Source: Macrostomum lignano | Lineage: Eukaryota | NCBI GenBank assembly: GCA_002269645.1 | Contig: NIVC01001510.1 | Location: 1-64,000 of the forward strand | Length of the DNA: 64,000 nt | Reading direction: 5' to 3' | Shown: piece by piece, positions 1 through 12,110 of the stretch | Layout of the letters: each line of letters opens with the position of its first letter | Position numbering within the stretch: position 1 is the stretch's first letter | Position numbers and translations under genes: made by a program | Notes under the pieces: model-generated | What the model was told of the DNA's origin: nothing | Databases searched by the model: none | What the model saw: the letters and a program-made list of their open reading frames with translations, nothing else

Positions 1-319
1 TTATCCTTCTGGCTCTTCGCAAGCGCTTCAGTGCCGCTGAAAAATCCACAGAATTCAGCATCTCGCCTAGGTGAATTGATTGACAGGTTGGAAAGTAAAA
101 ACTGAAATTCTACATGCATTAATGAGTTGTAATTTGGAAATTCGAGCAGACTTGGAATTAAAATGCTCTGCTAAGATGAATAGGTAATCTTGCGCTAGTA
201 TGGCTTGGAAATCATTGGTTAGAAAACTGAATGAGACGGTACGCTGGGCTCTCTGGTACTTAAACGCATGTGAGCTGACTTTGAAAGAGAAGTGCTGTTC
301 TGAGAAGAGCCGTCGGTAT

Positions 320-2598
320 GACACTGGAGTGACTCACAACCACAGAGATGAGCGAAACTGGAGTGACTCACAACCACAGAGATGAGTGACACTGGAGTGA
401 CTCAACCACAGAGATGAGTGACACTGGAGTGACTCACAACCACAGAGATGAGTGACACTGGAGTGACTCATAACCACAGAGATGAGCGACACTGGAGTGA
501 CTCATAACCACAGAGATGAGTGACACTGGAGTGACTCACAACCACAGAGATGAGTGACACTAGAGTGACTCAAACCACAGAGATGAGTGACACTGGAGTG
601 ACTCATAACCACAGAGATGAGCGACACTGGAGTGACTCATAACCACAGAGATGACTGACACTGGAGTGACTCACAACCACAGAGATGAGCGACACTGGAG
701 TGACTCATAACCACAGAGATGAGCGACACTGGAGTGACTCACAACCACAGAGATGAGCGACACTGGAGTGACTCATAACCACAGAGATGACTGACACTGG
801 AGTGACTCATAACCACAGAGATGAGCGACACTGGAGTGACTCATAACCACAGAGATGAGTGACACTGGAGTGACTCACAACCACAGAGATGAGTGACACT
901 GGAGTGACTCATAACCACAGTGATGACTGACACTGGAGTGACTCATAACCACAGAGATGAGTGACACTGGAGTGACTCATAACCACAGAGATGACTGACA
1001 CTGGAGTGACTCACAACCACAGAGATGAGTGACACTGGAGTGACTCATAACCACAGAGATGAGTGACACTGGAGTGACTCATAACCACAGAGATGACTGA
1101 CACTGGAGTGACTCACAGCTACAGAGATGAGTGACACTGGAGTGACTCACAGCTACAGAGATGAGTGACACTGGAGTGACTCACAACCACAGAGATGAGC
1201 GACACTGGAGTGACTCACAACCACAGAGATGAGCGACACTGGAGTGACTCATAACCACAGAGATGAGCGACACTGCAGTGGCTCATAACCACAGAGATGA
1301 GTGACACTGGAGTGACTCACAACCACAGAGATGAGTGACACTGGAGTGACTCATAACCACAGAGATGACTGACACTGGAGTGACTCATAACCACAGAGAT
1401 GACTGACACTGGAGTGACTCATAACCACAGAGATGACTGACACTGGAGTGACTCACAACTACAGAGATGAGTGACACTGGAGTGACTCATAACCACAGAG
1501 ATGAGCGACACTGGAGTGACTCACAACCACAGAGATGAGCGACACTGGTTTGACTCATAACCACAGAGATGAGCGACACTGCAGTGGCTCATAACCACAG
1601 AGATGAGTGACACTGGAGTGACTCACAACCACAGAGATGAGTGACACTGGAGTGGCTCATAACCACAGAGATGACTGACACTGGAGTGACTCATAACCAC
1701 AGAGATGACTGACACTGGAGTGACTCATAACCACAGAGATGAGTGACACTGGAGTGACTCACAACCACAGAGATGAGCGACACTGGAGTGACTCATAACC
1801 ACAGAGATGACTGACACTGGAGTGACTCACAACCACAGAGATGAGCGACACTGGAGTGACTCATAACCACAGAGATGAGTGACACTGGAGTGACTCACAA
1901 CCACAGAGATGAGCGACACTGGAGTGACTCATAACCACAGTGATGACTGACACTGGAGTGACTCATAACCACAGAGATGAGTGACACTGGAGTGACTCAT
2001 AACCACAGAGATGAGTGACACTGGAGTGACTCACAACCACAGAGATGAGTGACACTGGAGTGACTCATAACCACAGAGATGACTGACACTGGAGTGACTC
2101 ATAACCACAGAGATGACTGACACTGGAGTGACTCACAACTACAGAGATGAGTGACACTGGAGTGACTCACAACCACAGAGATGAGTGACACTGGAGTGAC
2201 TCACAACCACAGAGATGAGTGACACTGGAGTGACTCATAACCACAGAGATGAGTGACACTGGAGTGACTCATAATCACAGAGATGACTGACACTGGAGTG
2301 ACTCACAACTACAGAGATGTGACACTGGAGTGACTCACAACTACAGAGATGACTGACACTGGAGTGACTCATAACCACAGAGATGACTGACACTGGAGTG
2401 ACTCACAACTACAGAGATGAGTGACACTGGAGTGACTCACAACTACAGAGATGTGACACTGGAGTGACTCACAACTACAGAGATGACTGACACTGGAGTG
2501 ACTCATAACCACAGAGATGACTGACACTGGAGTGACTCACAACTACAGAGATGAGTGACACTGGAGTGACTCACAACCACAGAGATGAGTGACACTGG
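320..2598. repeat. 34-bp minisatellite, about 67 units (GACACTGGAGTGACTCATAACCACAGAGATGAGT), probably intronic
   Basis: Direct tandem periodicity of 34 nt with no spacers; ends just upstream of the ankyrin exon. Confidence 0.97.
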
Positions 2599-2636
2599 TG
2601 TATCCAAAGGCATAAGCCACTCTGAACCGTTGTCAG

Positions 2637-3169
2637 CAATGGCACCAATTCACCACCACAAACGCCGCAGGCAAGACCGCCCTCATGCTGGTGGCCTACA
2701 AGGGCATCCAGGACAGCGTGGAGTTCCTGCTCGACCGCGGCGCCTCAGTGCAGCAGCGCGATCGCAAGGGCATGTCGGCTCTGCACTACGCCGTTGACGG
2801 CGAGAAGGTCGATGTCATCAAGGCGCTGCTCGCCCACGGCGCTGACGTCGCCAGCCGGGACACGACCGGCTGCAGCCCGCTGGTCCGCTGCGCCATGCTG
2901 AAGAACAACGGCAACGCCAACGTCGCCAAAGTACTGCTGGGCGCCGGCGCCAATCCCGACGACTCCGACGACACGAGGCAGTGCGCGCTGTTTTACTGCA
3001 CCCTGCACCGGCACGCCAAGATGGCGGAGCTGCTGCTGGAGGCCGGCGCGGACCCGAGGCTCAGACAGAGTCGGGCGTGACGGCCATGTCGGTGGCCGAG
3101 GGCCAGGACAGTCGCGTGATGCGCACCCTGCTGGAGAAGTACATCGAGAAGCGGAAGCGGGCGCAATGA
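2637..3169 (+). CDS. FANK1: Terminal exon of an ankyrin-repeat protein, FANK1-like; one 1-nt deletion near 3057-3059
   Basis: Frame GKTALMLVAYKG..GASVQQRDRKGMSALHYAVDG..GCSPLVRC..NVAKVLLGAGAN..LLEAGADPR continues in the -1 frame as AQTESGVTAMSVAEGQDSRVMRTLLEKYIEKRKRAQ* (TGA 3167-3169). From memory this is colinear with the C-terminal ankyrin repeats of FANK1. Acceptor at CAG 2636 or 2670. Symbol is tentative because no upstream FN3 exon was found. Confidence 0.75.
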
Positions 3170-3372
3170 CCCCTTGATACGAGCTATTGCATATAAAAAT
3201 ATCGATTCTCGAAATCAAATATTGAAAAGTTCATATTGCGTATATTCTTACGAGTCCGTTACCGTCGCAAGGTTGAGCCTGGAGATGTTTGTGTAACATA
3301 GGGCGCTTTCGAGTAGCTGCTAATGTGTTACTGTTTTATTTTAATACTGATTGACAATTAAGAACTTAATCA

Positions 3373-3745
3373 AGGGGGGGCGTAGCCCAGCGGTAGCGCA
3401 GCTGCTCTGGTGTGCCAGCGACCCAGGCTCGATTCCAAGTGCAGTCACATTAATTTGGGGCTGAATTGGAATCTCGGCTTGGCTCTGCTCGTGCAATTAA
3501 CGGCCTTGAGAGCCAACCCCCCAAGGCGCAGTGAAGTGTACATGCCTAACGATAAAATAACATGCCTAACGGGCCGCTGTACACTCCTGTGTGAGTGTGT
3601 GCCTGCGTACGTATCCGCGCGCTTGTATGCCTGTTCAGGGGAGTCGGCGGAATGGGCAGTAATGCCTCTCGCCGGTTGTGTGACAATGTCGCTTAAAGTG
3701 CGCCAGGGTGCACACAACCCCCCTGCCTCTAATAAAATAATAATA
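3373..3745 (+). mobile_element. tRNA-derived SINE family 1, full-length copy with 13-bp TSD
   Basis: Head GGGGCGTAGCCCAGCGGTAG (A box) and GGCTCGATTCC (B box), A-rich tail AATAAAATAATAATA, flanked by AAGAACTTAATCA at 3360-3372 and 3746-3758; further copies at 7640 and 62191. Confidence 0.9.
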
Positions 3746-4802
3746 AAGAACTTAATCACAAGCATGGATCACTGCTGCTATCCATAAAGGCTTTGATAGT
3801 ACAGAGGCTACTCGATCGCGCCCTAGATCTCATTTTAATTTGCTCTTTATAACCAAGCACAGGGATGTATTTCGATGACGTGGAACTGAATTTTCTGGAA
3901 CTGTGTCTATGGTCGAATTGGGCAGTTATGGCCATAGACAGTTGGGCATTGGGGACAGAAAGTTTTGCAGGAACTTCGGCTAATTTTGCCAAAATTCATG
4001 CAAACATTCCAGCTCTGTTATATTTGATACTGTTGAATTGTGACTAAGTGACCTCCGATCTGCAAGATTTTGCCCTTGAAATATCTAGAATTAAAATTTC
4101 AGCCATATCTATGAATTCTCAGTTAACGAATAATTTCCCATAGGTTAATCCATCAGTCCGTTTGTCATCCCATAATTCAAGCACAATGCCGAGGTACTTT
4201 ACGATCTAGATGTCAATATAAAGTAAGATACCCTTTTCACTTTTCAATGCAACCATACTGATGTCACCTGACTAAGCACACTCATACTTGATACTCAGAA
4301 AAACCGAAACCTATGCTTTAAATACAGTTTTGCTGTAATTTACTGCTTAGCTACTTTCAGTAGCCAATAAGTGCACGGTTGCCCGACCCAGCAACAAAAA
4401 AGCAAAAGTGTAAAACTAAACCGTCGAAAGATGACTGACTGACAAACAGAATATGACTGGGAAAGCAGAAGCAAACACAAATTACAGAAAGGACACCGGG
4501 ACACCCTGCGGCTGTGGAGACTGGCAGACCGCAGACAGACAGCAGAGGGTGAGGGGGGGGGCAGCAGCTCCAGCTGGCAGTGCAAATATGAAACGAATCT
4601 ATGAGGCCAGCTTCTCATGATAGGCCAGCAACCAAACACTGCTCTGCACTCGTGCTGCGCGTGAGAGCCATGCAGAGCCCTCAGCCCGCAAACAGAGCCC
4701 GCCACTTGCAGTGCGATCTGCACAGAGTTAAAAGGGCAAACACCAGCTCGATGGGAGGGAAGGTGCAGCTTAGCGAAGTTCGACCCGGTTTCTGCCCAGG
4801 CA

Positions 4803-7037
4803 ATGTCGTCGGCCTTAGCGAGCGCTCGCAGCCGCCGCAGTCGCAGCGCCTCGGCCTTGGCCTCGCGTCAACGTCGTCGAGTCTTTGAAATCCGGCGAGA
4901 CGAATCAACAGGCGGCGGCGTGGATAGCGCAGACCGACGCGGCGACAAAGGAGGCCCCTCAGAGTCCGCCACGGTGGAGACGGGCAGCGCGCGCTACCGA
5001 CTGGCAGCGCAGATCGGCGAGGGCGCCTTCGGTCGGACCTACCTGGCCAGCCGGCTCTCCGCCAAGGACGACACCGCCAACAGCCGCAGACACCGCCAGG
5101 TGGTCATCAAGGCGATGAAATTGCCGGATCGCGACGATGGACTTGGCGGCGGATTCGATCTGCACCGGCGCAGCCTGGCCTCCATGGACATTGTGCGGAG
5201 CATCGCCCACGCCGACACCTGCCAGCACCCGTTCATCGCCAAGCTGCTGGATTGGCGCTTTGCCCTGCGGCCGGACGAGGCCCCGCTGGAGGTGTACGAG
5301 TATTGCCAGGCCGGCGACGCCCTCGGGCTGCTGGATCACGTGGGCGCCGCCGACGAACCGCATAGAGAGGCCGTCAACCTGCAGGTCCACGTGCTCTACT
5401 TGGGAGTGCAGGTTCGCCTTCTACTCCTGTCTCTCCCTCAAACTCCTGTCTGTCCCCAAACTCCTGTCTCTCCCTCAAACTCCTGTCTCTCCCCCAAACT
5501 CCTGTCTCTCCCCCAAACTCCTGTCTCTCCCTCAAACTCCTGTCTCTCCCCCAAACTCCTGTCTCTCCCTCAAACTCCTGTCTCTCCCTCAAACTCCTGT
5601 CTCTCCCTCAAACTTCTGTCTCTCCCTCAAACTCCTGTCTCTCCCTCAAACTCCTGTCTCTCCCTCAAACTCCTGTCTCTCCCTCAAACTCCTGTCTCTC
5701 CCCCAAACTCCTGTCTCTCCCCCAAACTCCTGTCTCTCCCTCAAACTCCTGTCTCTCCCTCAAACTTCTGTCTCTCCCTCAAACTCCTGTCTCTCCCCCA
5801 AACTCCTGTCTCTCCCCCAAACTCCTGTCTCTCCCCCAAACTCCTGTCTCTCCCCCAAACTCCTGTCTCTCCCTCAAACTCCTGTCTCTCCCCCAAACTC
5901 CTGTCTCTCCCCCAAACTCCTGTCTCTCCCTCACACTCCTGTCTCTCCCTCAAACTCCTGTCTCTCCCTCAAACTCCTGTCTCTCCCCCAAACTCCTGTC
6001 TCTCCCCCAAACTCCTGTCTCTCCCTCACACTCCTGTCTCTCCCTCAAACTCCTGTCTCTCCCCCAAACTCCTGTCTCTCCCCCAAACTCCTGTCTCTCC
6101 CCCAAACTCCTGTCTCTCCCCCAAACTCCTGTCTCTCCCCCAAACTCCTGTCTCTCCCTCACACTCCTGTCTCTCCCTCAAACTCCTGTCTCTCCCTCAA
6201 ACTCCTGTCTCTCCCTCAAACTCCTGTCTCTCCCTCAAACTCCTGTCTCTCCCTCAAACTCCTGTCTCTCCCTCACACTCCTGTCTCTCCCTCAAACTCC
6301 TGTCTCTCCCTTCGCCCTAGGTGGCGGAGGCCATCAGCTACCTGCACGAGAGCGGCTTCATTCACTTTGATTTGAAGCTGGACAATGTCTTTATCGACGC
6401 TCTCGGAGACGCGAAATTGGGCGACTTCGGCCTCGCCCAGCCCTGCAGACTGGGCGGCCGCCTGCGAAATCCCTACAGCTACTGGCGCTCCTGCCGCGAC
6501 GCCGCCTCGTTCACCGCCGTCCGCTGGGTGCCGCCGGAGCAGCTGACTGAGTCGTCGGCAACTCTAGTGGACCACACGGTGGACTGGTTCAGCCTGGGCG
6601 CCCTGCTCTTCCACCTGGCCTACAGGCGGCTGCCCTTCGAGGAGCACCGAACTCGAGCCCTAGCCGGCGTCGACGATCTCGACGACGATGGAGCCGGAAA
6701 AGAAGAGGACGACAATATTAGGAAGAAGCGTCGCTACCTACGACTTTGGCGGGCCGAGCCGCGACCCCGGGTCGACGAGCGGCCCAAACTGAACCAGAGA
6801 TTCAAGAACCTGCTGTACAACCTGCTGGCGCACGATCCCAGCCGTCGCCTCGGCGGCTGCGACGCCGTGTTCCAACATTTGCACCGACTTTGCAGCGCCC
6901 TCCAGCTAGGCTGGTTCGACTCGGCCTCTTGCGACGATGTGGACAGAATGCGCCGTCTGGTGCGCAGCCGCGCCATCAGCCGGCCCTACCGGCTGCGCCT
7001 CGTGCAGATCGGCGCCGCGGTGGGAGAATCTCGCTGA
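4803..7037 (+). CDS. Ser/Thr protein kinase, AGC-like C-lobe; exons 4803-5411 and 6321-7037 (about 441 aa)
   Basis: IGEGAFG glycine loop, VVIK, HPFIAKL, HFDLKLDN, DFG, VPPE, DWFSLG, LLAHDPSRRLG. Phase-0 intron CAG|gttcgc...ccctag|GTG joins VHVLYLGVQ to VAEAISYLH. Confidence 0.92.
5424..6310. repeat. 19-bp minisatellite (CTCCTGTCTCTCCC[T/C]CAAA) making up almost the whole kinase intron
   Basis: Direct periodicity inside intron 5412-6320. Confidence 0.97.
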
Positions 7038-7198
7038 GAATCTCATCGAGTGATGACGCCACTCAGACTCTCATTAAGAATCTCGCTGAGAATCTCATCG
7101 AGTGATGACGCCACTCAGACTCTCATTAAGAATCTCGCTGAGAATCTCATCGAGTGATGACGCCACTCAGACTCTCATTAAGAATCTCGCTGAAAATC
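7026..7198. repeat. 52-bp tandem repeat, about 3 copies, first copy contains the kinase stop codon
   Basis: GAATCTCGCTGAGAATCTCATCGAGTGATGACGCCACTCAGACTCTCATTAA at 7026, 7078 and 7130. Confidence 0.9.
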
Positions 7199-7639
7199 TT
7201 CTTCAGAAACCTACTGAGAATTCAATTAAGAATGCTACTAAAAACTTTCTGGGAATCTCACTGAGAATCTTAATGAAAATTTGAATGAGAAAATCAATGA
7301 GAATCTCACTAAGAACCTTTTGAAGGCCATTTATGAGGATTTGACAGACCTCAATTAGGGTTAGCGAGCTTCAGAAAAAAGCAACTCAAAAAGCGTCTGA
7401 TGTAGCAAATTTTATACATGTTTTCCCAAATCCGACAATCAAAAAACATCAAAGCTATGATAACAATCGGCCTTCAAAAGCAACCCACATCTGTTCATTT
7501 TCTGTGTTCTGGGGTCCAGTTAGTTGCATGACGGCCAAAGCAAAGAACAGCAACAGCCGCTAGTGCCAGGCGGTCATGGGCGGGCAGATCCTTCGATTCC
7601 TTGGTTTCTGCATAATTTTTGTTTGAGTTTAGTCAGTCG

Positions 7640-7965
7640 GAGACAGGGGGGGGGCTGTGTGCACCCTGGCGCACTTTAAGCGACATTGTCACACAACCGG
7701 CGAGAGGCATTGCTGCCCATTCCACCGACTCCCCTGATGCACACAAGCGCGCGGATACGTACGCAGTCATACGCACAGGCACACACTCACACAAGAGTGT
7801 ACAGCGGCCCTAACTTTATTTATAGTTGGACATGTACACTTCATTGCTTGTGCAGTGCCAAGCCGAGATTCAAATTTAGCCCCAAATTAATCTGACAGCA
7901 CTTGGAATCGAGCCTGGGCCGCTGGCACATCAGAGCGCCGCGCCAGACCACTGGGCTACGGCCTC
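7640..7965 (-). mobile_element. tRNA-derived SINE family 1 copy
   Basis: Reverse complement begins GAGGCCGTAGCCCAGTGGTC..GGCTCGATTCCAAGTGC and ends AAAGTGCGCCAGGGTGCACACAGCCCC, matching 3373-3745. Confidence 0.88.
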
Positions 7966-8344
7966 TGTTTCTGTACAGTAACTTAAATGTTTTTAATATA
8001 CGGTAACATTTTTTGTTTTTTTTCAAGCGCCATTCGATTTTTAAAGTGTAACAGGCTTGTATTTTGTGATGGATAAATCTTATAAAATAAACTTGTAGTC
8101 TCTCGTACACGTACTCGCAACCTCCGAATACTTTTTTGACTACTTTTAATGTTAACGCACTATGTGTGATTTTTAGAAACCTACATGTACAGATTCGCTT
8201 CTATTAGTATTTTTTTAATTTAGCACTACAGCCAATTTGTTGGCTTGGATCAGGAGCTTTGGGCGCTGCCACAGATCAAGGCGACAGCTGGCCCGCAGCC
8301 AGCGAGCAAGCAAGCAGTCAGGCCCATTCCGCTGGCACCTGAGC

Positions 8345-8465
8345 ACACGCAGGCTCACGGATACGTTTGCAGGCACACGCCCACACAGGGTGTACAGCAG
8401 CCCTGACTTTCGCATCGAAGGGCGTCGTGTACACTCTCTCTGTGACTTGAGGATTGGCCTTCATG
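8345..8465 (-). mobile_element. Diverged fragment related to the 3' part of SINE family 1
   Basis: CACACAGGGTGTACAGCAGCCCTGACTTT..GTCGTGTACACT resembles 32410-32510 and the family 1 body. Confidence 0.5.
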
Positions 8466-8473
8466 ATGTACAA

Positions 8474-8852
8474 CGAACTCGGGTTGCAACGAACTCAGGT
8501 TGCAAAGAACTCGGGTTGCAACGAACTCAGGTTGCAAAGAACTCAGGTTGCAAAGAACTCGGGTTGCAAAGAACTCGGGTTGCAAAGAACTCGGGTTGCA
8601 AAGAACTCAGGTTGCAAAGAACTCGGGTTGCAACGAACTCAGGTTGCAAAAAACTCAGGTTGCAAAGAACTCGGGTTGCAAAGAACTCGGGTTGCAAAGA
8701 ACTCAGGTTGCAAAGAACTCGGGTTGCAACGAACTCAGGTTGCAAAGAACTCAGGTTGCAACGAACTCAGGTTGCAAAGAACTCAGGTTGCAAAGAACAC
8801 AGGTTGCAAAGAACTCGGGTTGCAAAGAACTCGGGTTGCAACGAACTCGGGT
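8474..8852. repeat. 16-bp minisatellite (GAACTC[G/A]GGTTGCAA[A/C])
   Basis: Direct periodicity. Confidence 0.96.
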
Positions 8853-9007
8853 TAACAAAGGGCCTGTCATTTCGAGTTCGACAAAAATGTATTAGTCGGA
8901 TCTCTTTGCCTTAATTTAGCTTCACTGACAGCTCTGACTCATGAAAGTTTTTTAATCGGACTGACACATTAGAAAGTTGATTACTGTACTGAAAAAGCGT
9001 TTCAATA

Positions 9008-9021
9008 GTTGCCATGGAAGC
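9008..9021. promoter_or_regulatory. RFX X-box-like motif GTTGCCATGGAAGC upstream of the Ly6-like gene
   Basis: One mismatch to GTNRCC-AT-RGNAAC, about 235 nt before ATG 9256. Confidence 0.4.
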
Positions 9022-9255
9022 TCTTATCTCAGTGTGTCGAAGCTAACTCAATTGATTTAAGTAAAGCAAAATCTAGCAGATCTCAACTTTAGGCTGCTCC
9101 GAATTTCAGATATCTTATCGCCCACTACAGGGGGGGGGGGTGGGTCAGAGACCCTTGAATTGCACTATTTAACCACTAGCGGACTGCAGCAGTACCAATG
9201 TTAAACAAAATCTGAATCCAATAATTGCTAATTCACCTGGGAAAGATCATTAATT

Positions 9256-10660
9256 ATGCAGTCTGCTTTGTTCAACACTCTGCTGCTCTCTCTGTGCGCT
9301 CTCTGCCTCGCTAGCAGGCCGGCTGTCGGGAAGCAGGGAGTCAACACTGACATCCAGCAGGCGGAGTCAACCTGCCTGCCAGAGATGCCACCGGGGTCTG
9401 ACCCCCTGACAGCTCGGCCCCCGACCTGCTACTGCAGATGCACCAGTGGGTGTGGATTGAGAACATGACGGATCCCAGCTGGGCGCCCAGGAGCGAGCAA
9501 AATTTGCATTCATATTATTTTCTTCGTCAAGGCCAAATTGTGAACGCTTCTATTAGTTTAATTGCGCTTTCTAACAGCGTGGTAAGTGTCCTTTTGATAT
9601 TAGCTAATGGTTATACACTCGTAGAAGGGGGCATAGATATAGACAGAGAGGCTATAGAGCCATAGGCCATAGAGAGAGAGGCCATACAGATAGAGAAACC
9701 AAAGAGATAGAGTAGCCATAGAAAAGGAGAGGCCATAGACTCATAGAGATAGTAATAGGCCAAAGAGAGGCCATAGAGACCAGAGAGAGGGCCATATGGA
9801 TTGAGAGAAGTCACAAAGCTGAAGAGAGGCCATGGGGATGGAGATAGAACCCGTAGAGATAGATAGAGAGGCCATAAAGGCCATAGAGATAGGGAGACCA
9901 CAGAGAGATGCTCTATTTTCTCCTCTCTCTCTCTCTCTCAGCCCCGCCAGTCCATAAAAGGACAGTGAGGAGCAGAAATAAGAAAAGTTTCTGACCTAAT
10001 CAATCAAAGCGGAAAGCATTGAATACGTATTCCAACATCCGTTTAACTTTCCAGTCAGTCAGAGTCGGAATTCTGACCAACGGCAAGACGTTGTGCATGT
10101 CAGCCATGACTCTCACCAGAAACGAGACCAACAATGGCACCGAGCAGAGCCAGTCCTGCAACAAGGTCTGCTTCGCCAACATTACCAGCCATGGCAAGCC
10201 CATGAATTTGCCGATTCTGGTGCGCAATCAGGAGCGGATTTTGAGAAGATTGACGGAGTACCTGGTCGTGGACAGCCTGGACCCGAGAGAGCGAGACTCG
10301 TATAAGTGTCTGGGCCTGTTCACCAACCGATTGCTCATTGATCTGCCCCGCCTCAACAACTACCGACAGTGCCCGGCCGGTGACATGTGCCTGTTTAACT
10401 ACGACGGCTCCGTGATCGATGCCGGATGCAAGAGCAGCTTCCGGTTTGACTGGTGCGTTGGCAACTTCAGCCTGTGCGACTACAGCAGCGGCCGAGACTG
10501 CCCGATCTGCTGCCGCGGCGACTACTGCAACCGGGCGGTGGCCAATGAGATCTACCGGCTGAATCGGGGCATCGCCGACTGCAGCGCCTCCTTACTGACT
10601 GTATTGACGGCCGCCGCGACGGTGCTGAGTCTGCTGCGACTGCGACAGTCCGAGCTGTGA
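9256..10660 (+). CDS. Secreted, probably GPI-anchored Cys-rich protein with a Ly6/uPAR (three-finger)-like C-terminal domain; exons 9256-9581 and 10055-10660; 1-nt deletion in the C run at 9402-9406
   Basis: Signal peptide MQSALFNTLLLSLCALCLAS; donor GTG|gtaagt at 9582; acceptor tttaactttccag|TCA at 10054, both phase 0; C-terminal CPICCRGDYCN motif followed by hydrophobic tail SLLTVLTAAATVLSLL. Confidence 0.75.
9640..9905. repeat. AG-rich degenerate repeat (GAGAGGCCATAG-like) in the Ly6-like intron
   Basis: Recurrent GGCCATAG/AGAGAG words. Confidence 0.7.
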
Positions 10661-10932
10661 CCCACTGGATCCAAGGATTCTTCTTTGGGAAACTCGTGTT
10701 TGGCTAATTTATGCCGTTTGACGCGACGTGTGCAAAATTATTTTATTTAAAAAGGCCCTTCTTTGAAAGTCTGGAATCAGAATAATTTTTATAAATCCAT
10801 AGACATGCTGTTTCTTAAATAATTTCATATGCAAAAAATCTGGTTGCAAAAGCTTCTTAGATGGGACTTGACGATATAATTTGTTTGTTTGTTGTGGTGA
10901 AAGTCAGGTGTGCAGGCACACTCAGTCTCAGG

Positions 10933-11028
10933 TGTGTGCGTATGTGCGTGTGTGTGTGTGTGTGTGTGCGTGTGTGTGTGTGTGTGTGTGTGCGTGTGTG
11001 TGTGTGTGTGTTTGGGTGTGTGTGTGTG
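10933..11028. repeat. (GT)n microsatellite
   Basis: Direct observation. Confidence 0.97.
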
Positions 11029-11550
11029 CATCTTCCCTGACTTTCTCAGCCTCAAATGGTGCACATGCCTTGTAAATCCCCAAGCACAACCCACATGCCT
11101 TCATTCTAAATCAATGTGACCGCACCCAAGGAATCGAACTCAAGAGCTTTGATGCAAACTTCACTCTTGCCTCATCCGCTTGTGTGCTAGGCGTCGAGCT
11201 GTAGCAATGCACAACTCTTGTTTTTGTCTAACTACGGCATCAATACGAGCTGGATGTGTAGGAAGACACTGACTCCGTCTTATCGCTATATTCCCTTTTG
11301 TGATGCCTCTGTAGTCTTATCCTTATCCGCATTGTCCTTTGAAGCTGCTGCTGTGTCGCGTGCCTCGTACGCCACTCACTGACATACACAGTGTAGTAGA
11401 TGAGAAATATTCGAGTTGACTGCGGGGCATGATGCTGGCTCAATGAAAGGCTGCTATGGATGCAGTATGCATCGCTTTTTGGCGATCTAACAAAACCAGA
11501 CTTCATATGCTGCCCATACAAACCAGCACGAGAGATGTTTAGAAAGAATG

Positions 11551-12110
11551 GCCATAGACTACGCCCGTATAAGCCATAGACTACGCCCGTATAAGCCATT
11601 GACTACGCCCATGTAAGCCATTGACTACGTCCGTATAAGCCATTGACTACGCCCGTGTAAGCCATAGACTACGCCCGTATAAGCCATAGACTACGCCCGT
11701 GTAAGCCATAGACTACGCCCGTATAAGCCATAGACTACGCCCGTGTAAGCCATAGACTACGCCCGTGTAAGCCATTGACTAGGCCCGTATAAGCCATAGA
11801 CTACGCCCGTGTAAGCCATGGACTACGCCCGTATAAGCCATAGACTACGCCCGTATAAGCCATAGACTACGCCCGTATAAGCCATAGACTACGCCCGTGT
11901 AAGCCATAGACTACGCCCGTATAAGCCATAGACTACGCCCGTGTAAGCCATAGACTACGTCCGTATAAGCCATTGACTAGGCCCGTGTAAGCCATTGACT
12001 AGGCCCGTGTAAGCCATTGACTACGCCCGTGTAAGCCATTGACTACGCCCGTGTAAGCAATAGACTACGCCCGTATAAGCCATGGACTACGCCCGTATAA
12101 GCCATGGACT
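11551..12110. repeat. 22-bp minisatellite (GCCATAGACTACGCCCGT[A/G]TAA)
   Basis: Direct periodicity. Confidence 0.96.

Noticed and set aside
200-385. 61-aa ORF as an upstream exon of the ankyrin gene
   Set aside because: No ankyrin or FN3 similarity was recognised, it runs into the array, and no convincing donor was found.
320-2598. Regular 29-39 bp arrays resembling CRISPR repeats
   Set aside because: Units are contiguous with no unique spacers, there are no cas genes, and the context is eukaryotic. The same applies to all arrays in the window.
3373-3460. tRNA gene candidates (also 7880-7965, 20323-20395, 34032-34105, 62191-62265)
   Set aside because: A and B boxes are present, but they continue into shared SINE bodies and no complete cloverleaf was seen.
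4130-4215. IVKYLGIVLEL, a LINE RT-like KYLG word on the minus strand
   Set aside because: Under 30 codons, stops nearby and no other RT motifs; cannot be supported.
4803-6320. 505-aa ORF reading through the kinase intron (909 nt, in frame, stop only at the acceptor TAG)
   Set aside because: The C/T-rich repeat lacks stop codons by composition; splicing restores a contiguous kinase domain.
11115-11185. Reverse-strand B-box-like GAGTTCGATTCC next to the (GT)n tract
   Set aside because: Could be a decayed third SINE, but it is single-copy here and too degraded to call.
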